A program made the position numbers and the translations under genes. A stretch of 64,000 nucleotides of DNA from Mustelus asterias (lineage: Eukaryota). The DNA lies in NCBI RefSeq assembly GCF_964213995.1, contig NC_135809.1, positions 29,884,001 to 29,948,000 of the forward strand. The letters are read 5' to 3'. Within the stretch, counting starts at the first letter, position 1. Each line of letters starts with the position of its first letter. Below the pieces are notes generated by a model that ran no database searches, was not told the DNA's origin, and saw only the letters and a program-made list of their open reading frames with translations. This document shows, piece by piece, positions 1 through 13,327 of the stretch.

Positions 1-1828
1 TTGCATGAAAAACAGAAACATTCATGGTGCATTTAGCAATCACTCATTTCTCAGCATCTGCTATCCATAAAAGTATTCTTGCTCCATGGATACCACCTGC
101 TATTAAGTACTAGACCAAATTTACAGCAAAATACGTTGCTTTAAAAAACAATTGCACAGTAGTATAAAGATGAGAAATGGAGGAATGGGGAAGAAATGGA
201 AGGAAGGAAAGATTCGCTGGGGATCAAAGACCGTCTGTCAACATGTCACACCATGTGGTGTTCTGTTTTCCTAACTCAAAGTCATGCTCGAAGTTTTTAA
301 ACTTCAAACAACTGAAATACCACAACATTCATAAAGCAGAGCTGGACCACTGGGAGTAAGGAAAAAAAACACAAAAAGGTAGTAGACCTCAACAGCAGAT
401 GGCAAAATTAACATTTCAACAGTTTTAGCCTTCATCTGGATCTCCACAGTTGTGCTAGAAAAACTACAAGAGTTAAAGCGAAGAAAATATACAGGCTGGA
501 TATGGGGAAAAAATAGGCTGGCTTAGTAACATTAATAGTTGCTTTGAATTAAATATTTAGTTCTGTTAATACTTTTACAGGTAGTTACTTTCCATAACTT
601 CAAAAAATACATGATGAAACTCCCAACTGAAAGCAGTGATTACTTTTAATTTTAGTGCTTCTTTTCTGACAGTTAAAGAGGATTCTTCATAGCTGATTCA
701 ATAGGTCAACTGAGCATACTGGCTGCAAGGCTCATCTGCAATGAGATAGCTTTGCTTGTTTTACTAATTATCTGTTATTTACTTTCAATTATAAAATCCA
801 GTAGGTCAACCTAGACAACCTCACCAACGTAACACCATAAAGAACGGTACACTAAAGGTGTATCGTGCAGCTATGAATCTTGAGGAGCATGCCATGGGCC
901 TTCAGTTCCTGACTTCAAATTCAGAACTCACACTTTGATTCCAGTCTCCAGATCGTTGGAGACCAGATGTACCTTGAAAATGCACGTGGGACCCCTCCGA
1001 AGTCCCAGTATAAGCACATCCCTGGTAATTATGCAAGAAGTTATGCGGCTTCTTGTTGCTGGATTTACCCTGGCCTGATTGCTCTATGAAGTTTATTATT
1101 ATGAAGTTTATTATGAAGTTTATTATTCCACATCATGCTCTATGATTGGCCAGAGCCATGGAGACTTGATCTAGTAGAAAACCAAGAGAAACTCTAATCA
1201 GCTGGAGTGTCAAAGCACTCCTGTGCCCACAGCAACGTTCACCTCCTCCCTTGCCAAAAATATTCACCCCCCTCCCACACCCCCCAACAGTATTTAACCC
1301 CTTTCATGCCTCAGACAATGCTCACCCACAACTGGCTCCTGTCCAGCCAATGTCGGAAAAGTCAGTAGAATCGAGGAGTCGGGGGTTGAACATTTGTGTA
1401 TGGGGAGGGAGGAGAATTGTTTCAGGGGTTGAGGGAGAAGAACACTTGTCAGGTTGAGCATGGGGAGTGGACATTGTTAGGGTTGAAGGCATCAGGGAAG
1501 CACTGACGAAGGGTGAGGGAGAACATTGTTATGATGAGGAAGGCAGGAGAACATTATCGGGATAAGGGAGCGGGTGTTAACACCATCAGTCAGGTGAGGC
1601 TATGCAGTTTTGGAGGTTGACAGCACCAGGCAATCTTAAACACACAAGTTTTTCCCTCAGTCTCAGCCTATTTGTTCAAAGAATTGCAAGTCATTTGACT
1701 CAGAGATACCCACATGTATTTAATATATTAAAATCGCATTTTCTACTGTGAAACAAAGCTGGGAATAGCAAAGTTGGAAATAGCAAAATTAACACGAGCT
1801 TTGGGATATTTAAACTTTTACTTACCAT

Positions 1829-2130
1829 TGAATCATAGAATCCTTACAGTGCAGAAGGAGGCCATGCAGCCAATTGAGTTAGCACTGACTCTCCGAAAAA
1901 GCATCTTACCTAGGACCAACCCTCGCCCTGTTCCCTTAACCCCATGCATTTACCCTTCTAATTCCCATGCCTACACATGGGACACTAAGGGGCAGTTTAA
2001 CATGGCCAATCCACCTAACCCGCACATTTTTGGACTGTGGGAGGAAACCACAGCACCTGAAGGAAACCCATTTGGGGAGAACGTGCAACTCCACATAGTC
2101 AACCCAAGGCTGGAATCGAACCACTGTGCC
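1829..2130 (-). mobile_element. HE1-type tRNA/V-domain SINE with CR1-derived 3' tail, head partly deleted
   Basis: Reverse complement has gggtttcc...ggtttcctcc.cagtccaaa.atgtgcgggttaggtggattggccatg.taaa and tail ggcctccttctgcactgtaaggattctatgattc, shared with several copies in the window. Confidence 0.9.
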
Positions 2131-2813
2131 TCGGTGCCGTACCAGAATATGGCAGCTAGCACTGTAAAATTGGGACATGGTTTGGTCCCTCTTGTGCTGC
2201 GCTGAGGCCTGCCTGGTTATCTACAATGAAGGTTTCAGGGAGTGATCAGCATCCAAAGTATGGCCTTAAAAAATGCTATCAGCTAAGTGTGTATTTTTTT
2301 CCTGAGATTAGCAATGGGTGGAACTGTTCCGATGCTAATCATAAGATTTGGGCCATGAAAACTGACTGTTAAATTTCCAACAATTCATCCATAACTAATC
2401 TGGCTGGATATAGTGAATCTATAATTAAACCATTTATTATTAATACCTAGTACTAGCACCCTTTGCTAAGGTACAAATGGCAATAGAAATATCAGATGGT
2501 GTCGTCCCGTCATTGCATCTTGCTATAAATAGGTCACAATTTGCTGTGAAATAATGATGAGCCTAATGTTGTTCACCATTGTTTATGGTAAATGGTACAG
2601 AAACTTCAAGTGAGCGACAGATGCATGGTTAAATGCCAAAATCCAAATGTTTGCTGAGCAAGTTGTAGTACTCCGCTATTAGCTTTGCAAAAATCAGCAT
2701 CTCACTGTCTGCCTTATCATTACGTGGAGATGCCAGCGTTACACTGGGGTGAACACAGTAAGAGTTTTAACAACACCAGGTTAAAGTCCAACAGGTTTAT
2801 TTGGTAGCAAATA

Positions 2814-2850
2814 CCATTAGCTTTCGGAGCGCTGCTCCTTCGTCAGATGG
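2814..2850 (-). ncRNA. Minimal type I hammerhead ribozyme (inverted copy)
   Basis: Reverse complement ccat-ctgacga-aggagcagcgctcc-gaaa-gc-ta-atgg. Confidence 0.7.
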
Positions 2851-2879
2851 AGTGGAAGTTTTGAGAGCACATTTCCACT

Positions 2880-2916
2880 CCATCTGACGAAGGAGCAGCA
2901 CTCCGAAAGCTAATGG
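2880..2916 (+). ncRNA. Minimal type I hammerhead ribozyme
   Basis: CCAU-CUGACGA-A-GGAG(CAGCA)CUCC-GAAA-GC-UA-AUGG: catalytic core, stem II hairpin, palindromic AGCU stem III, stem I CCAU/AUGG. Confidence 0.7.
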
Positions 2917-4329
2917 TATTTGCTACCAAATAAACCTGTTGGACTTTAACCTGGTGTTGTTAAAACTCTTACTGCCTTATCATTGACATGCATTGAATGC
3001 CATGAAGTTGCGGTATTTCTGCAGCAGGTACGAACTATATCCATCCCCAGTTATTTGGGCTCGTGCTTAATAGTGCAAGTAACCTTCTAACTATGTGATA
3101 ATTGTTAACCACTGTCAATCAACTTCTCTATACTAAACATAAACTAATACAAGTGTGGTGTCTTATTTTTTCATATTTGAATTTTTAGGAGATTTTATAA
3201 TTCACATAATTCATCTTTTAAATTCTTCTTTCTTGCTTTTTCTTTGTCTTTTTTCTCTCCCTTAATGCAACCTTTCTCCCTCTCATTCCCTTTCCCTACC
3301 TGAATTTATATTAAATTCACCCCTCCTCCTTTAATTCCTTCCTTCCACTGTATATGTACTTAGGCTCAGGTGCCTTGTTTCCTTCACTGCATCATTATCA
3401 CCTTGCATGTTCACAACTTTGCGCTGACTGGCGCAGGAATAGTTCTAACCAATGACATACGGTGTTAGATGTCTTATGCCAGCAAATTCTGGCTCAATAT
3501 GCCCACTCATATTTTAAAATATACATTATATGCTTGGCATCTCTTCATGTGAAAATTCTGGAATTAAAGTCAGTTGGTAGAAACAGATAGAACTGTTTCA
3601 CACCCATTTTTTCTCCAAAGTCCACCAATGTTAAATCTACAGAAAAATACATTGACAATTTTTTTAAAAAATGCTTTGCATGATTTGAAGAAACCAAGTC
3701 AAATGCTTATACATTCAACAGAGATTGAATTCAACATTCGTACTGAGAAAGAAGCACATGTTCTGTAAAGTATAATTCTTTAAAGTAATCAGTACAAAGT
3801 AACAGTACTGATGATAGTCGCTGAATCAACATATTTCTCCTTCTCTGAGCGTAAGTTTGTTTCCAAAGCAAAAATGAAACATTTAATGCCAGTTTCAATC
3901 TGAAACTTCACTTGAAAACGTGCTCTTAAAATTCACTTCAAACTTTTTTCCAATGTACACCAATCGTCCAATCTTGTCTATCATGAAAATTTCTAGACTA
4001 TTCCTCAGACATTATTTATCTCCAATTTTAAGTTATCAGATGTAATGGTCATAATTCCCAAATGAAAATTTGGACATGCCCTAGATTTAGCCTTAAGATT
4101 AGGACTCCAATTTGGACAACCATCATTTTACACTTTCAGAATAGGCTTTGAAACGTAGTGCAGGGACATCACTTTTTGACATAATGTGTATCGTAGACTA
4201 ATTAGTGTTTACTTACTGCCACAATAGCTCAAGTTTTCTTTAAATCTAAATCATGCTGTCTGTATTCTATTTTGCATCAAGTTCTGTGCACTGTGCCTGA
4301 ATATTTCAAATGCAAAAATCTCATTCAGT

Positions 4330-4590
4330 CCATGGGAGATGGATACAACCCATCTCGGAAACCTCCTCCAGTCCTACAACTGTCTGGAACCTTCTGATCA
4401 TTGGACTTGGTTTTACTCCTGGAACCTGTCAGCTATTAGGGCACACTATCCGCGTATCCCCTCCTCCATGACATCGTGGCCTCATGTTGTTCCTCAGCAT
4501 TCCTCTGGGCTTCCTGCGCCTCCTCATCCTCATATTCTGAGGAGGGCTTCTCCTCCTCCAGTTCACCCTCTGGCAGGACCTTAACTTTCT
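4330..4590 (+). mobile_element. L2-like LINE 3' fragment
   Basis: ctcggaaacctcctccagtcctacaac...ctctgggcttcctg, resembling L2 3' region; very decayed. Confidence 0.4.
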
Positions 4591-4639
4591 GGATAGCCAG
4601 ACAGTGAAGGACTTAACAAACTGCAATCGTACGACAAAC

Positions 4640-5470
4640 CCTCTCCGGGATGTATTTCAGAAAGCCACCTGAGCAATCCAGGCATCTGTTGCAATATGAG
4701 CAACATGGTATCTTTGCTCAGCTGGAGTCTGAGGGTGACACAGCGGAGCCATAGCCAATGTTTTAAGTGATTAGCCCCGTATCTTCCAGCACCATCCCTG
4801 CAGACTTTCCAGCCCCTCTAAGTTCCCAGGCACCAGGGAGTGACTGAGGACCATAGGAATCATGGCAAATCTCAGGGAACTGAGCATACACATGTAGGAT
4901 TTTCTTTCGGTGGTCACACACCAATTGCATGTTGATAGATTGGAAGCTCAAAGTCTGCTGTCTTGGAGACCGTATCACCACATGGGTGGAGCCTATTGCT
5001 CTCTGCAGTCTTGAGATCCCCGAGATAGCTGCAAAACCCATGAATCTCTGAGCCTGGCTATCCTCATTCAGAACAAAGTTTACATAATGGTGGGCCCACC
5101 TGTAAAGAATATCAGTCTCCTCCTGAATGTACCTACCTGTTGCTTACTGTGAAATTGCACACAGGGCCCCAGTTGCTCCATGAAAAGACCCACAGGCAAA
5201 GAAATTGACTACTGCCATCACCTTCAGGGCCACTGGCAGGAGGAAGCCTCCAAACCCACTTCTCAGAGCATGTGGCATATGTGGCAGACCCAGATCTCTG
5301 GATAATTGTGGCCTTGCCCTGCACTGCCATTCATTCAGGAGACTTGTGGACAACAGATCCTTGGTGTTGTGAGTCACCTCCACTGTCTGGGTCTCTGATC
5401 CCAGTCTCCAATTGATATTCAGGCTCCCCCTACCCATGTCCCCTAAGCAGTGCCTCCTGCTGGAGCTGCG
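4640..5470 (-). pseudogene. Decayed PIF/Harbinger transposase (HARBI1/DDE_Tnp_4-like)
   Basis: ORF 4763-5041: RAIGSTHVVI (GAIDGTH motif), FQSINMQLVCDH, FPEICHDSY (PGS.HD motif), then a decayed GW.LGD.GY motif; frameshifts and stops. Confidence 0.8.
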
Positions 5471-6384
5471 TACGCTGATGCCTTTCTTTCCTCCTGCCTC
5501 AAATGAGGATTCTGAGAAAAGCTCCCTGAAACATTGGATCAATTCTCACTTTTGCCTCCTCTCTGAAAAGAGATATTGAAGACCAAAGTGATTAAAGGGT
5601 GATGAACAGAAAGGTGTGATCGAGAGACCAATGGGAAAAGTTGGGCAATTAAGCTTTGGCAATTTAGATTGCATTCTTCTTAATGCTGCCTTACCCCTGG
5701 GACTCTAGCACACAGAGAGGTGAGCAACGTTTCATTCCACAGATGTGACACCTGGAGCCCTGTGGGGGTGAAAACTTGTGAATCACATCACTGAACCAAT
5801 GTGGCTCTGAATGCCAATCTTTGACTTGGCATAACTGTGAGCATTCAATTGCTCATGGTCAATGAATGAAATCCATTTGGCCACTGATGAATGGCATGAA
5901 TTATTAAGCCACGGTTTCCCTTCACTGATGGGATGGCAGGGCTGATGCAGCTCTGTCACTTTCACTATGGCCTTTACTCTCCAAGGCTGCATTCCTATCT
6001 TCCACGACATGGCTTTTCAAACTTTGATGTGAGTATATTGAGTTATGCCTATCCCTTTAACGTTAGAAATCTGGCTTGCTCTTCTTTCCTGGGCGACGGG
6101 CTCCGAGTCCTGTGTAATTAACCTGGACCCAGTCCACTAAAGTGGCACCAACAAGTGAATATGCGTCCCAAGAAGGAGCCCCAGAGCCCAGCTTAGCAGT
6201 CCTCCCACACTTCATCAAACCTTCACAGACAGAACCGATGTGCACAATGTCATTTTACCTGAGTGTCAAGATGGTGGTGCCTATACCTGTTATTACCAGA
6301 TAGAGTTTGACACCCTCTCCTTCATTGTCCACGCGTCTCCCATTTACCTGGAGCCACATGATGAGCATCGGTCTGAACCCGATT

Positions 6385-7210
6385 GTTTAAAAAGTGGCAC
6401 GCACAAGACAGCCCTCAGTTTGCCAGAGACTTTGAGGTGAGTGCAACAAAGGCTACCTGCCATTGTGCTGTACTGCTGCTGATGAGCTGTACACCACTCT
6501 GCTGGGGCAGACCAGTTCCTGCCTCCATCTCCATGCCAAGCTGGCCTTCACTGACAGCATCGTGCTGCTGGACTAATGGATCTTCCTGTGTCATTGACTC
6601 AGATCAGTATTGTGCCTGTCCCTTAGTGCCTGGCTGAACTTTGAACCTTTGCTGTGATGGCTGCATGAGTCCTGCAGCACAGAGCTGTCCAGATAAACGC
6701 TGGTGTGTGGCACCAGGGGCAAGGAGACACCTGCACTCCCCAACCCTAAGTGCAATACTGATCTCGGTCAATGACACAAGAGGGCCCTTGGGTCCAGCAG
6801 CACTGGGTTGTCTATGAAGACCAGCTGAGAGATGTAGGCAGGAACTGGTCTGCCCCAGCAGCAGTGCAGCGCAGTGGCAGAAAGGCTTTGTTGCACTCAC
6901 CTTGAATTCTCCTGTGAACTGAGGACCGCCTCGTGCATGCCACTCTTTTTCAGTCAGGTTTCAACTGATGCAATTTCCCACTGGCGTGACGCAAGATTGG
7001 AAGGCCTGACTAGAAACTGGCGGACAGTTGTTCAATGAGCATTCATGAGATGCAAATGAACGTAAAGGGCATTTATGCCCCCAGCCAGTGGGAAGACTGA
7101 CCCGCCACTAATCCGCCACTAGGAGAATTCCAACATGATTTTACGCTGGCAAGTTTCTGACTTTTTGACTCCCTCTAGATTCTCCACTCCTGCTGGGCAC
7201 CAAATCACCC
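6385..7210. mobile_element. Harbinger-family non-autonomous segment with internal inverted duplication
   Basis: 6390-6616 inverted against 6751-6950; 6675-7130 homologous to 12080-12870; ends in TIR-like aaatcaccc. Confidence 0.6.
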
Positions 7211-8621
7211 TGAGTGTTGCACAAACCTCTAATATACCTTACAACTACTTGTAGGATCTCACGTTTGGCAGCCATCAAAACAGCACTTCAGGTGCAAAGG
7301 TGCTATATCACATGCTCACTGTGCCAATTTCTTCTCTTCCTGTTTAACTTGGTTCATACTGGCTGATGGCAGCAATCTGTTTCCTTCATGCAGCCTTTAA
7401 AAGGAAACACAAGTTTTACATAAGTTCAGCCTGTATGTCTACAGTAATTTATAAGGCTGATTTTTTTTTTCTTTTGGCCCTTAAGCATCGTTGATGTGCA
7501 ATTTTCCACCTCATCTTTTTGGTGGATGTCCAACACCAGAGCAAATATGGGTCAGGACCCCTATGAATAATAAATTAAAACTAATTCCTGCAATATGCTG
7601 ACAGGTCAGTTTGGTGGAGAGTTGCTGAGTGATAATCTCACCACTCTAGGTCCACCAGGATAAGAAAATTTATTGTTGAAGTATGCATATTTGCATCATA
7701 TGTAACTAATCATACCTTAAACATCTGTAATGCATTGCTACCCGTTACTTTTGACTTTAAGCTAAAAACCTGTCATTTTTAAGAACTGTAGATAGGGTGG
7801 TCGACAGCAACAAGCTCAGAGCAAGATGCAACTGAATATATTATTGTATGTTTTATTTACATCTGTAATGGGGCCCAAGAATGGAGACAGCAAAATGATC
7901 AATCCTAATTCAAAGAATGTCCAACAAATCTCGGAGAATAATGTTTAGTGTCTTGTGTGTTCCCTCAGAGAATTTGAAGACTTTTGTAAAATTAAAGATT
8001 GTGGATAGTCACACTGGCAGATTATTGGAAAGCAGTCACAACTGGAGATCAAGTGAGGTTCAAAATGATATTGAAGGAGAGATATTGATGGAGAGAGAAA
8101 TAAAAATAAGCAAGGTGGCATGCTTTCTTTTTCTGGAATACACTATTTGACAATTATTTCAGTGTTTCACTCCTTCTGTTGATCTATACCAGATCACAGC
8201 CCCAAACATCCTTCATGAATATAGCTTAAGAACGCAGTTTAGGGAAGGGGTTATAGCACTGGTGTAGATTACAAAGATAACTCAGGGCAAAGCCATGAAG
8301 GGATTTAAATACAAGGACTGGATTTTAAAATTTGAGGCATTGAGGGACTGGGAGTTAACATCATTCAGGGATGAAGGAAAAATGCTAAAAGTTAAAGCTT
8401 TGGATTAGCAGAAGTTTAAAAACAACAACTTGCGTCAATATTGTGTATTTAACATAATATGAGTATTGGATTATAATTCAAAAGTCTCAAAGTGCTTCAC
8501 ACAAGTGATTATTAAATGATAACACATCAGAATAGTCAAGATGAAGCTGACAGGCATAGCGGAGAATTTTAGTGGCAGTTAGGCTAAAATAGGGAGAAAT
8601 GGGGCTGATGTTATAGAGGTG

Positions 8622-10064
8622 AACATAGAACATAGAACATAGAACATTACAGCGCAGAACAGGCCCTTCGGCCCACGATGTTGCACCGACCAGTTAAAAA
8701 AAAAAACTGTGACCCTCCAACCTAAACCAATTTCTTTTCGTCCATGAACCTATCTACGGATCTCTTAAACGCCCCCAAACTAGGCGCATTTACAACTGAT
8801 GCTGGCAGGGCATTCCAATCCCTCACCACCCTCTGGGTAAAGAACCTACCCCTGACATCGGTTCTATAACTACCCCCCCTCAATTTAAAGCCATGCCCCC
8901 TCGTGCTGGATTTCTCCATCAGAGGAAAAAGGCTATCACTATCCACCCTATCTAAACCTCTAATCATCTTATATGTTTCAATAAGATCCCCTCTTAGCCG
9001 CCGCCTTTCCAGCGAAAACAATCCCAAATCCCTCAGCCTCTCCTCATAGGATTTCCCCTCCATACCAGGCAACATCCTGGTAAACCTCCTCTGCACCCTC
9101 TCCAAAGCCTCCACATCCTTCCTGTAATGTGGGGACCAGAACTGCACACAGTACTCCAAGTGCGGCCGCACCAGAGTTGTGTACAGTTGCAACATAACGC
9201 TACGACTCCTAAATTCAATCCCCCTACCAATAAACGCCAAGACACCATATGCCTTCTTAACAACCTTATCTACTTGATTCCCAACTTTCAGGGATCTATG
9301 CACACATACACCTAGATCCCTCTGCTCCTCCACACTATTCAAAGTCCTCCCGTTAGCCCTATACTCAACACATCTGTTATTCCTACCAAAGTGAATTACC
9401 TCACACTTCTCCGCATTAAACTCCATCCGCCACCTCTCGGCCCAACTTTGCAACCTGTCTAAGTCTTCCTGCAAACTACGACACCCTTCCTCACTGTCTA
9501 CCACACCACCGACTTTGGTGTCATCAGCAAATTTGCTAATCCACCCAACTATACCCTCATCCAGATCATTAATAAATATTACAAACAGCAGTGGCCCCAA
9601 AACAGATCCCTGAGGTACACCACTTGTAACCGCACTCCATGATGAATATTTACTATCAACCACCACCCTCTGTTTCCTATCCGCTAGCCAATTCCTGATC
9701 CAATTTCCTAGATCACCCCCAATCCCATACATCTGCATTTTCTGTAGAAGCCTACCATGGTGAACCTTATCAAACGCCTTACTAAAATCCATATATACCA
9801 CGTCCACTGCCTTGCCCCCATCCACCTCCTTGGTCACTTTCTCAAAAAACTCAATAAGGTTAGTAAGGCACGACCTACCTGCCACAAAACCATGCTGACT
9901 ATCACCTATCAATTCATTACTCTCCAAATAACTATAAATCCTATCCCTTATAATTTTTTCCAACATCTTGCCGACAACAGAAGTGAGACTCACCGGTCTA
10001 TAATTCCCGGGGAAGTCTCTGTTCCCCTTCTTAAACAATGGGACAACATTCGCTAACCTCCAAT
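8622..10064 (-). mobile_element. Young 5'-truncated CR1 LINE
   Basis: Intact RT ORF, short 3' UTR and (agaacat)n tail at 8622-8648; embedded in L2-like relic (about 8220-8620 and 10065-10200). Confidence 0.97.
8722..10064 (-). CDS. CR1 ORF2 C-terminal part (reverse transcriptase), 5'-truncated
   Basis: WRLANVVPLFKKG, NYRPVSLTS, DFSKAFDKV, GVPQGSVLGP, KFADD, RPHLEYCVQFWSP; the first 10 residues of the 458-aa ORF are flanking DNA. Confidence 0.95.
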
Positions 10065-11534
10065 CTGAAAGCAGGAGGTCTTCCTGAGTTGGGGTCAAAA
10101 GCTCAGCTTGGGGTTTAACAGAAATGCCAATCTTCTGAACTATAGGATACAGCTCGAGACAGTTGTTGGACAGGGACTGTAGTCATTGACTGATATGGGT
10201 AACAAAACCAATTATCAGTTGGCTGGGTCCCATTGCCAATTTAATCCCTCCCCCACCCGAGGCAGGTGCCCAATTTATATTCTAAACTGCACCTGCAATC
10301 ATCAGCGGGAATGCTACTTACCCCAGAATTCGTGAAACATTTCAAATGCACCAACGGGGAAAATGGAGGTTCCATGCTTGCTCAGCCCACATTGCTTCAG
10401 AAAGTCTCACATGTAAATTCAATTCACATATGAAAAAGATGAGAGCGCAACTGAAGAAAGAACTACCTGACCGAAAGAGAGCATTTTGGCCTGAGCAGGA
10501 ATTCAGAGTGTGAGGACGTTAAATTATCTCAGTTCATAAGTTTAAAGGTCTGCCAAAGGGATTAGCAGAGACCAGCACCTGTTTTAAATCAGTAAATGCT
10601 GAAACTGATACTGAGTTCTTAGCTGCTAAGTATTAACTGTTCATTATATAGTTTTGGACGGCCAAACTGGGGAAAGCCAAATGGAGATCAAGCGTGTTGC
10701 AAAGACTGAAACAATATACAATGAAGTAAGTGTGCAGGATGTTTCTTGGACTTATAGAATACGTGGAAGGAGTAGGAAAGCGAGTGATACTTAATGATGC
10801 TGCAGTTCAGGACAACAACAAACGCTTGCTTTCTCAAACTTAAATTAATGAGGTTGAACAGCAATTGCAGGCACTACATAACAGACATGAAAAATAATTT
10901 TCTTTCTGGAATCATCATTCCAAAAGATGATCCATTCATAGGAACAGAAAGTAAGTAGAGGAAGAGCAGTAATTAGCCAGGTATTGGGGTGTAAGAAGAA
11001 AACAGGCAGAACAATTTTAATTTCATCAGTCGGTGGGGACTTTCAGTACCCTATTGTCAGACAGAATCAGTACCACAAATGTCTCCTCATGGACAATATC
11101 TCTGACAAAATAAACTTATCCGAGGTTCATTGAATTGAACAACAAATGAAATTGGTATTTCTTTATTAAGTCAATTATACAACTAACATCTTGCGATGCC
11201 TCCTCATCTGTATCAGTAGATTTTGCATAGCCCTCATTCCAGGGCCACGGGGTCTGAATATGATTTTAAGAACGTAGATATGTTTCCACAGAGCAAAGAC
11301 ATAACAGCTTATGTAGCAAATGTGGTTTAACCACATGAATAAATCAAAATTGGTTTTGGTCTGTCTGCTAGCATTTTGAGGGCCAGAATTTGATGAAATA
11401 GGGCATATTGTGTGAGTCACTTGGACATTCAATATTCAGCTCTGCAAACTGCTGGAAATATGGACCAATTGAGATAGAAGATGAATTAGAGTGGATGAAT
11501 CCAATATCAAAACATGTACAGAAGGAGAATTAAA

Positions 11535-12875
11535 GGGTGGAATTCTCCATTTTTGAGACTAAATGCGGCGGTGGAAGACTCCAGCAGCACCTTTCCTGCT
11601 GGCCAGAGTGGGAGGATTCCACACCAAATTCTGCGCTTGGAATCTTGTTAATTATGCAAGAGTAATTTCGCTCTGAATCTCCCGGAGGGCTGGCAGCCGA
11701 TTCCTCCACCCACCTTAGCTGACGATTTTGATAGTCCTAGCACCATCTTTAAATACCAGTCCAGCACAATCATATCACTCTTTCCTGCCCACCTGTCTTC
11801 ACCAGACAGACAATGTGGGATGCCAGCAACCTAGAAGGAAAAGGCTAGCAGTGTCAAGAAGAAGTCTGTTCCATGATTTAAGCATCCTTCCCCCGCAAAC
11901 CCATTACCGATGAGATGCCCAGGCGCTATTTGGACTCTTACCCATCGCATCAGGAGTCCCCACTGTCCTCCACCCAGCTCATTGCATAGCTCTCCTTCCA
12001 CATCTCCCCCCTTGGGCACCCCCACCCTGGCCCCAGCTTGCGCTCCACCTCCAGTCAAATTTTAGACCTTTGTTGCAGTGGCTGCATGAGGCACACAGCA
12101 CAGTCCGGGTAGACACTGCTGTGTGGCACCAGGGAAAGGAGACCTCTGTACTCCACAACCCCAAGTGCTGTAGTGATCTGACTCAGGTGAAACAGGAAAA
12201 AGTTTTAAAGTTAAAGTTTATTTATTAGTCACAAGTAAGGCTTACATTAACACTGCAATGAAGTTACTGCAAAATTCCCCTAGTCGCCACACTTCGGCAC
12301 CTGTTCGAGTCAATGCACCTAACCAGCATGTCTTTCAGACCATGGGAGGAAACTGGAGCACCTGGAGGAAACCCACGCAGACAAGGGGAGAACGTGCAGA
12401 CTCCGCACAGACAGTGACCCAAGCCAGGAATCGAACCCAGATCCCTGGTGCTGTGAGGCAGCAGTGCTAACCACTGTGCCACCGTGCCACCCACACAGGA
12501 TGGCCAATGGATCCAGTAGCACGGTGCTGTTCATGAAGACTAGCCCAGCATGGAGATGGAGGGCAAGGACCAATCTGCCACGGCAAAGTGGTGAACAGTG
12601 CAGTATGAGAGGTGCAGCATTAAGGCAGAAAGGCTTTGCTGCACTCATCTCAACATCTCTTGCGAACTGAGGACACTTTGTGAATGCCACTCCTGATCAA
12701 TTGGGTTTAAGACTGAATTTCCCACTGATGTGACGCAAGATTGAAGGCTTTACAAGATGCCAGCGGGGTTTTAATGAGCATTCATGAAATGCAAATGAAT
12801 GCAAATGGCGTTCATGCCACCAGTCAGCAGGAAGACTTGACCCACCATTAGCCTGAATTGGGAGAATTCCCCAAG
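11535..12875. mobile_element. Harbinger-family non-autonomous element interrupted by a SINE
   Basis: Begins with gggtggaattctcc TIR; internal sequence homologous to 6675-7130. Confidence 0.6.
12207..12491 (-). mobile_element. tRNA/V-domain SINE, alternative-tail subfamily
   Basis: Head ggcacggtggcacagtggttagcactgctgcctcacag, V domain, tail gtaacttcattgcagtgttaatgtaagcc...tgtgactaataaataaacttt. Confidence 0.9.
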
Positions 12876-12929
12876 CATGGAAAAGATGATTGGACATAAA
12901 CAGGAGACTAGTAAGCATAACATTTAAAA

Positions 12930-13327
12930 TTGGACATGTTTAAAATGTTCAACAACAATTCACCACTGAAGGAATGAGACTCCACACTTCTCATTGTTCA
13001 TTTTCGAGGGTACAGAAGTTGATTGACAGTCAATAATTACCACACTGTTAAAAATATGCTTAAACTAGTAATAATACTTAACTTCCTGCTGGTGAGTTTA
13101 AGGGACAATTAATATGCAAATACAGCAACTTCATGAAACTCATTGGGAGATTATGGGTGAGATGCTGTTTTCACAAAACTAATGGTGGAGTGGATCAAAA
13201 TGTCCAGCAACTTGTGGCAATTAGCAATTCAAGAGATTCTCTTTGTCACAGTTAGCTGGCTGATTTAGCACATTAATAACAATATGTGCAGTTCACACAC
13301 AGTTCTTCCATCAGCAAAGTCCAGCTC
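12930..13327. repeat. Old interspersed repeat, same family as 2520-3495, inverted
   Basis: Reverse-orientation similarity to 2640-3130. Confidence 0.45.

Larger units (their letters stand above)
2722..2971. mobile_element. Penelope-like element terminal foldback insertion
   Basis: Inverted arms of about 102 bp (2756-2858 and 2873-2974) with one mismatch; 13-bp direct repeat ctgccttatcatt at 2709-2721 and 2972-2984; hammerhead motif in each arm. Confidence 0.8.
2520..3495. repeat. Old interspersed repeat, probably a non-autonomous DNA transposon; host of the Penelope foldback
   Basis: 2640-3130 resembles 13010-13230 in reverse orientation (e.g. catgaagttgc.gtattt, actgtcaatcaacttct.ta). Confidence 0.45.

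Noticed and set aside
1774-2205. 143-aa ORF, and similar ORFs at 12319, 34089, 37931 and 45138
   Set aside because: They are read-through translations of SINE sequence.
4217-4297. Minus-strand segment with strong gtaagt donor
   Set aside because: Stops in all three frames; not a coding exon.
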